NCBI GenBank assembly: GCA_964016885.1 | Contig: OZ024744.1 | Location: 90,644,001 to 90,708,000, forward strand | From: Eledone cirrhosa | Taxonomy: Eukaryota | DNA: 64,000 bases | Direction of reading: 5' to 3' | Shown: piece by piece, positions 63,201 through 64,000 of the stretch | Numbering within the stretch: the first letter of the stretch is position 1 | Layout: the number at the start of each line of letters is the position of its first letter | Made by a program: the position numbers and the translations under genes | Notes under the pieces: model-generated | Told to the model about the DNA's origin: nothing | Databases searched by the model: none | Seen by the model: only the letters and a program-made list of their open reading frames with translations

Positions 63201-64000
63201 AATAATAATAATGATTTCATTTATTAAGCACAAGGGCCGACATGTAGGGGACAATACAAAGACAGGGAGAGTGGGGGTTTACAATAAGGTAAAAGTGTAC
63301 AATGGCAAGACTATTTTAACAATGAAGATATAAAAAATATAAAATAAACTATGCATAAATATAACAAAATTAATTCCCCGATAGGGGGTGGACGACCCTG
63401 GGGTGACTCGGGTACCCCACCAATCCTGAACCATCCTGCGCTTCTAGGGCACCCAGGGAGAGCACCCCTCTCCTCAAGTTAGCTAGCCTATAAGCGCATG
63501 GTCAGAGTAGGCCCATTCACACAGGCCATTCTCGCCACATTCATGCACCTTTTAGCAAATGTACTGGGGGGGGGGGGGGCAGCACTTCTCTCTCCACCCT
63601 CACCTTACTTTCCAGGTGAAACTTGAAGAAGTTGATGAGGGATTGGCCGAAGAGAAAAGTGTCTGTCTTCAGTCCTTTCAACCTGGTCCACCATATAACC
63701 TCTTTCGCAACTACCACCAGACAGAGGAACATTGCCTGCTCTTCCTGACCAAACGAAGGCGGCGGGTCGATCTTCATTATGGACTCGGCCGATAGCCCGA
63801 TCCGTTCCACACGCGACAGTAGCTGTTCGACATAACTCCACAAGTCAGTAATACACGGACATTAGACAAGTGCGTGCAGAATAGTTTCGTCGTTCTGTGC
63901 GCATCTTGGACAGGTCCGTCTGACAGCACTTCCGTGCCTGTAGAGTTTATCCCGAATCGGCAGTGCCCCCCGGTAGCACTGCCAAGCGAGGGATTTCTCG
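63201..64000 (-). mobile_element. Tx1-like 3' end (runs off the window)
   Basis: Near-identical to 39241-40005. Confidence 0.9.

Overview
This is a repeat-saturated, (TA)n-rich eukaryotic window, probably from a coleoid cephalopod such as octopus. That is inferred only from CORE- and Meta-type tRNA SINEs, abundant RTE/Penelope elements and microsatellites. No intact host gene is visible. The window is a nest of decayed mobile elements: a Ty3/gypsy LTR element missing gag/protease; two tail-to-tail Naiad-type and one Neptune-type Penelope-like elements (PLEs); many RTE LINE copies, one nearly intact; a CR1-group LINE; an R4/Dong LINE abutting a Tx1/L1 LINE, with that junction present twice; CRE-clade 3' fragments; a DD37D Tc1/mariner derivative; hAT remnants; and a Helitron bracketed by an inverted copy of its own 5' end. 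The most notable non-coding signal is at least seven minimal type-I hammerhead-ribozyme motifs from about five families, read by eye. One family sits in a retrozyme-like tandem unit of about 420 bp. There is also a structured 5' leader on the R4/Dong element and a few orphan exon-like segments. All calls come from motif recognition by eye, and most boundaries are approximate.
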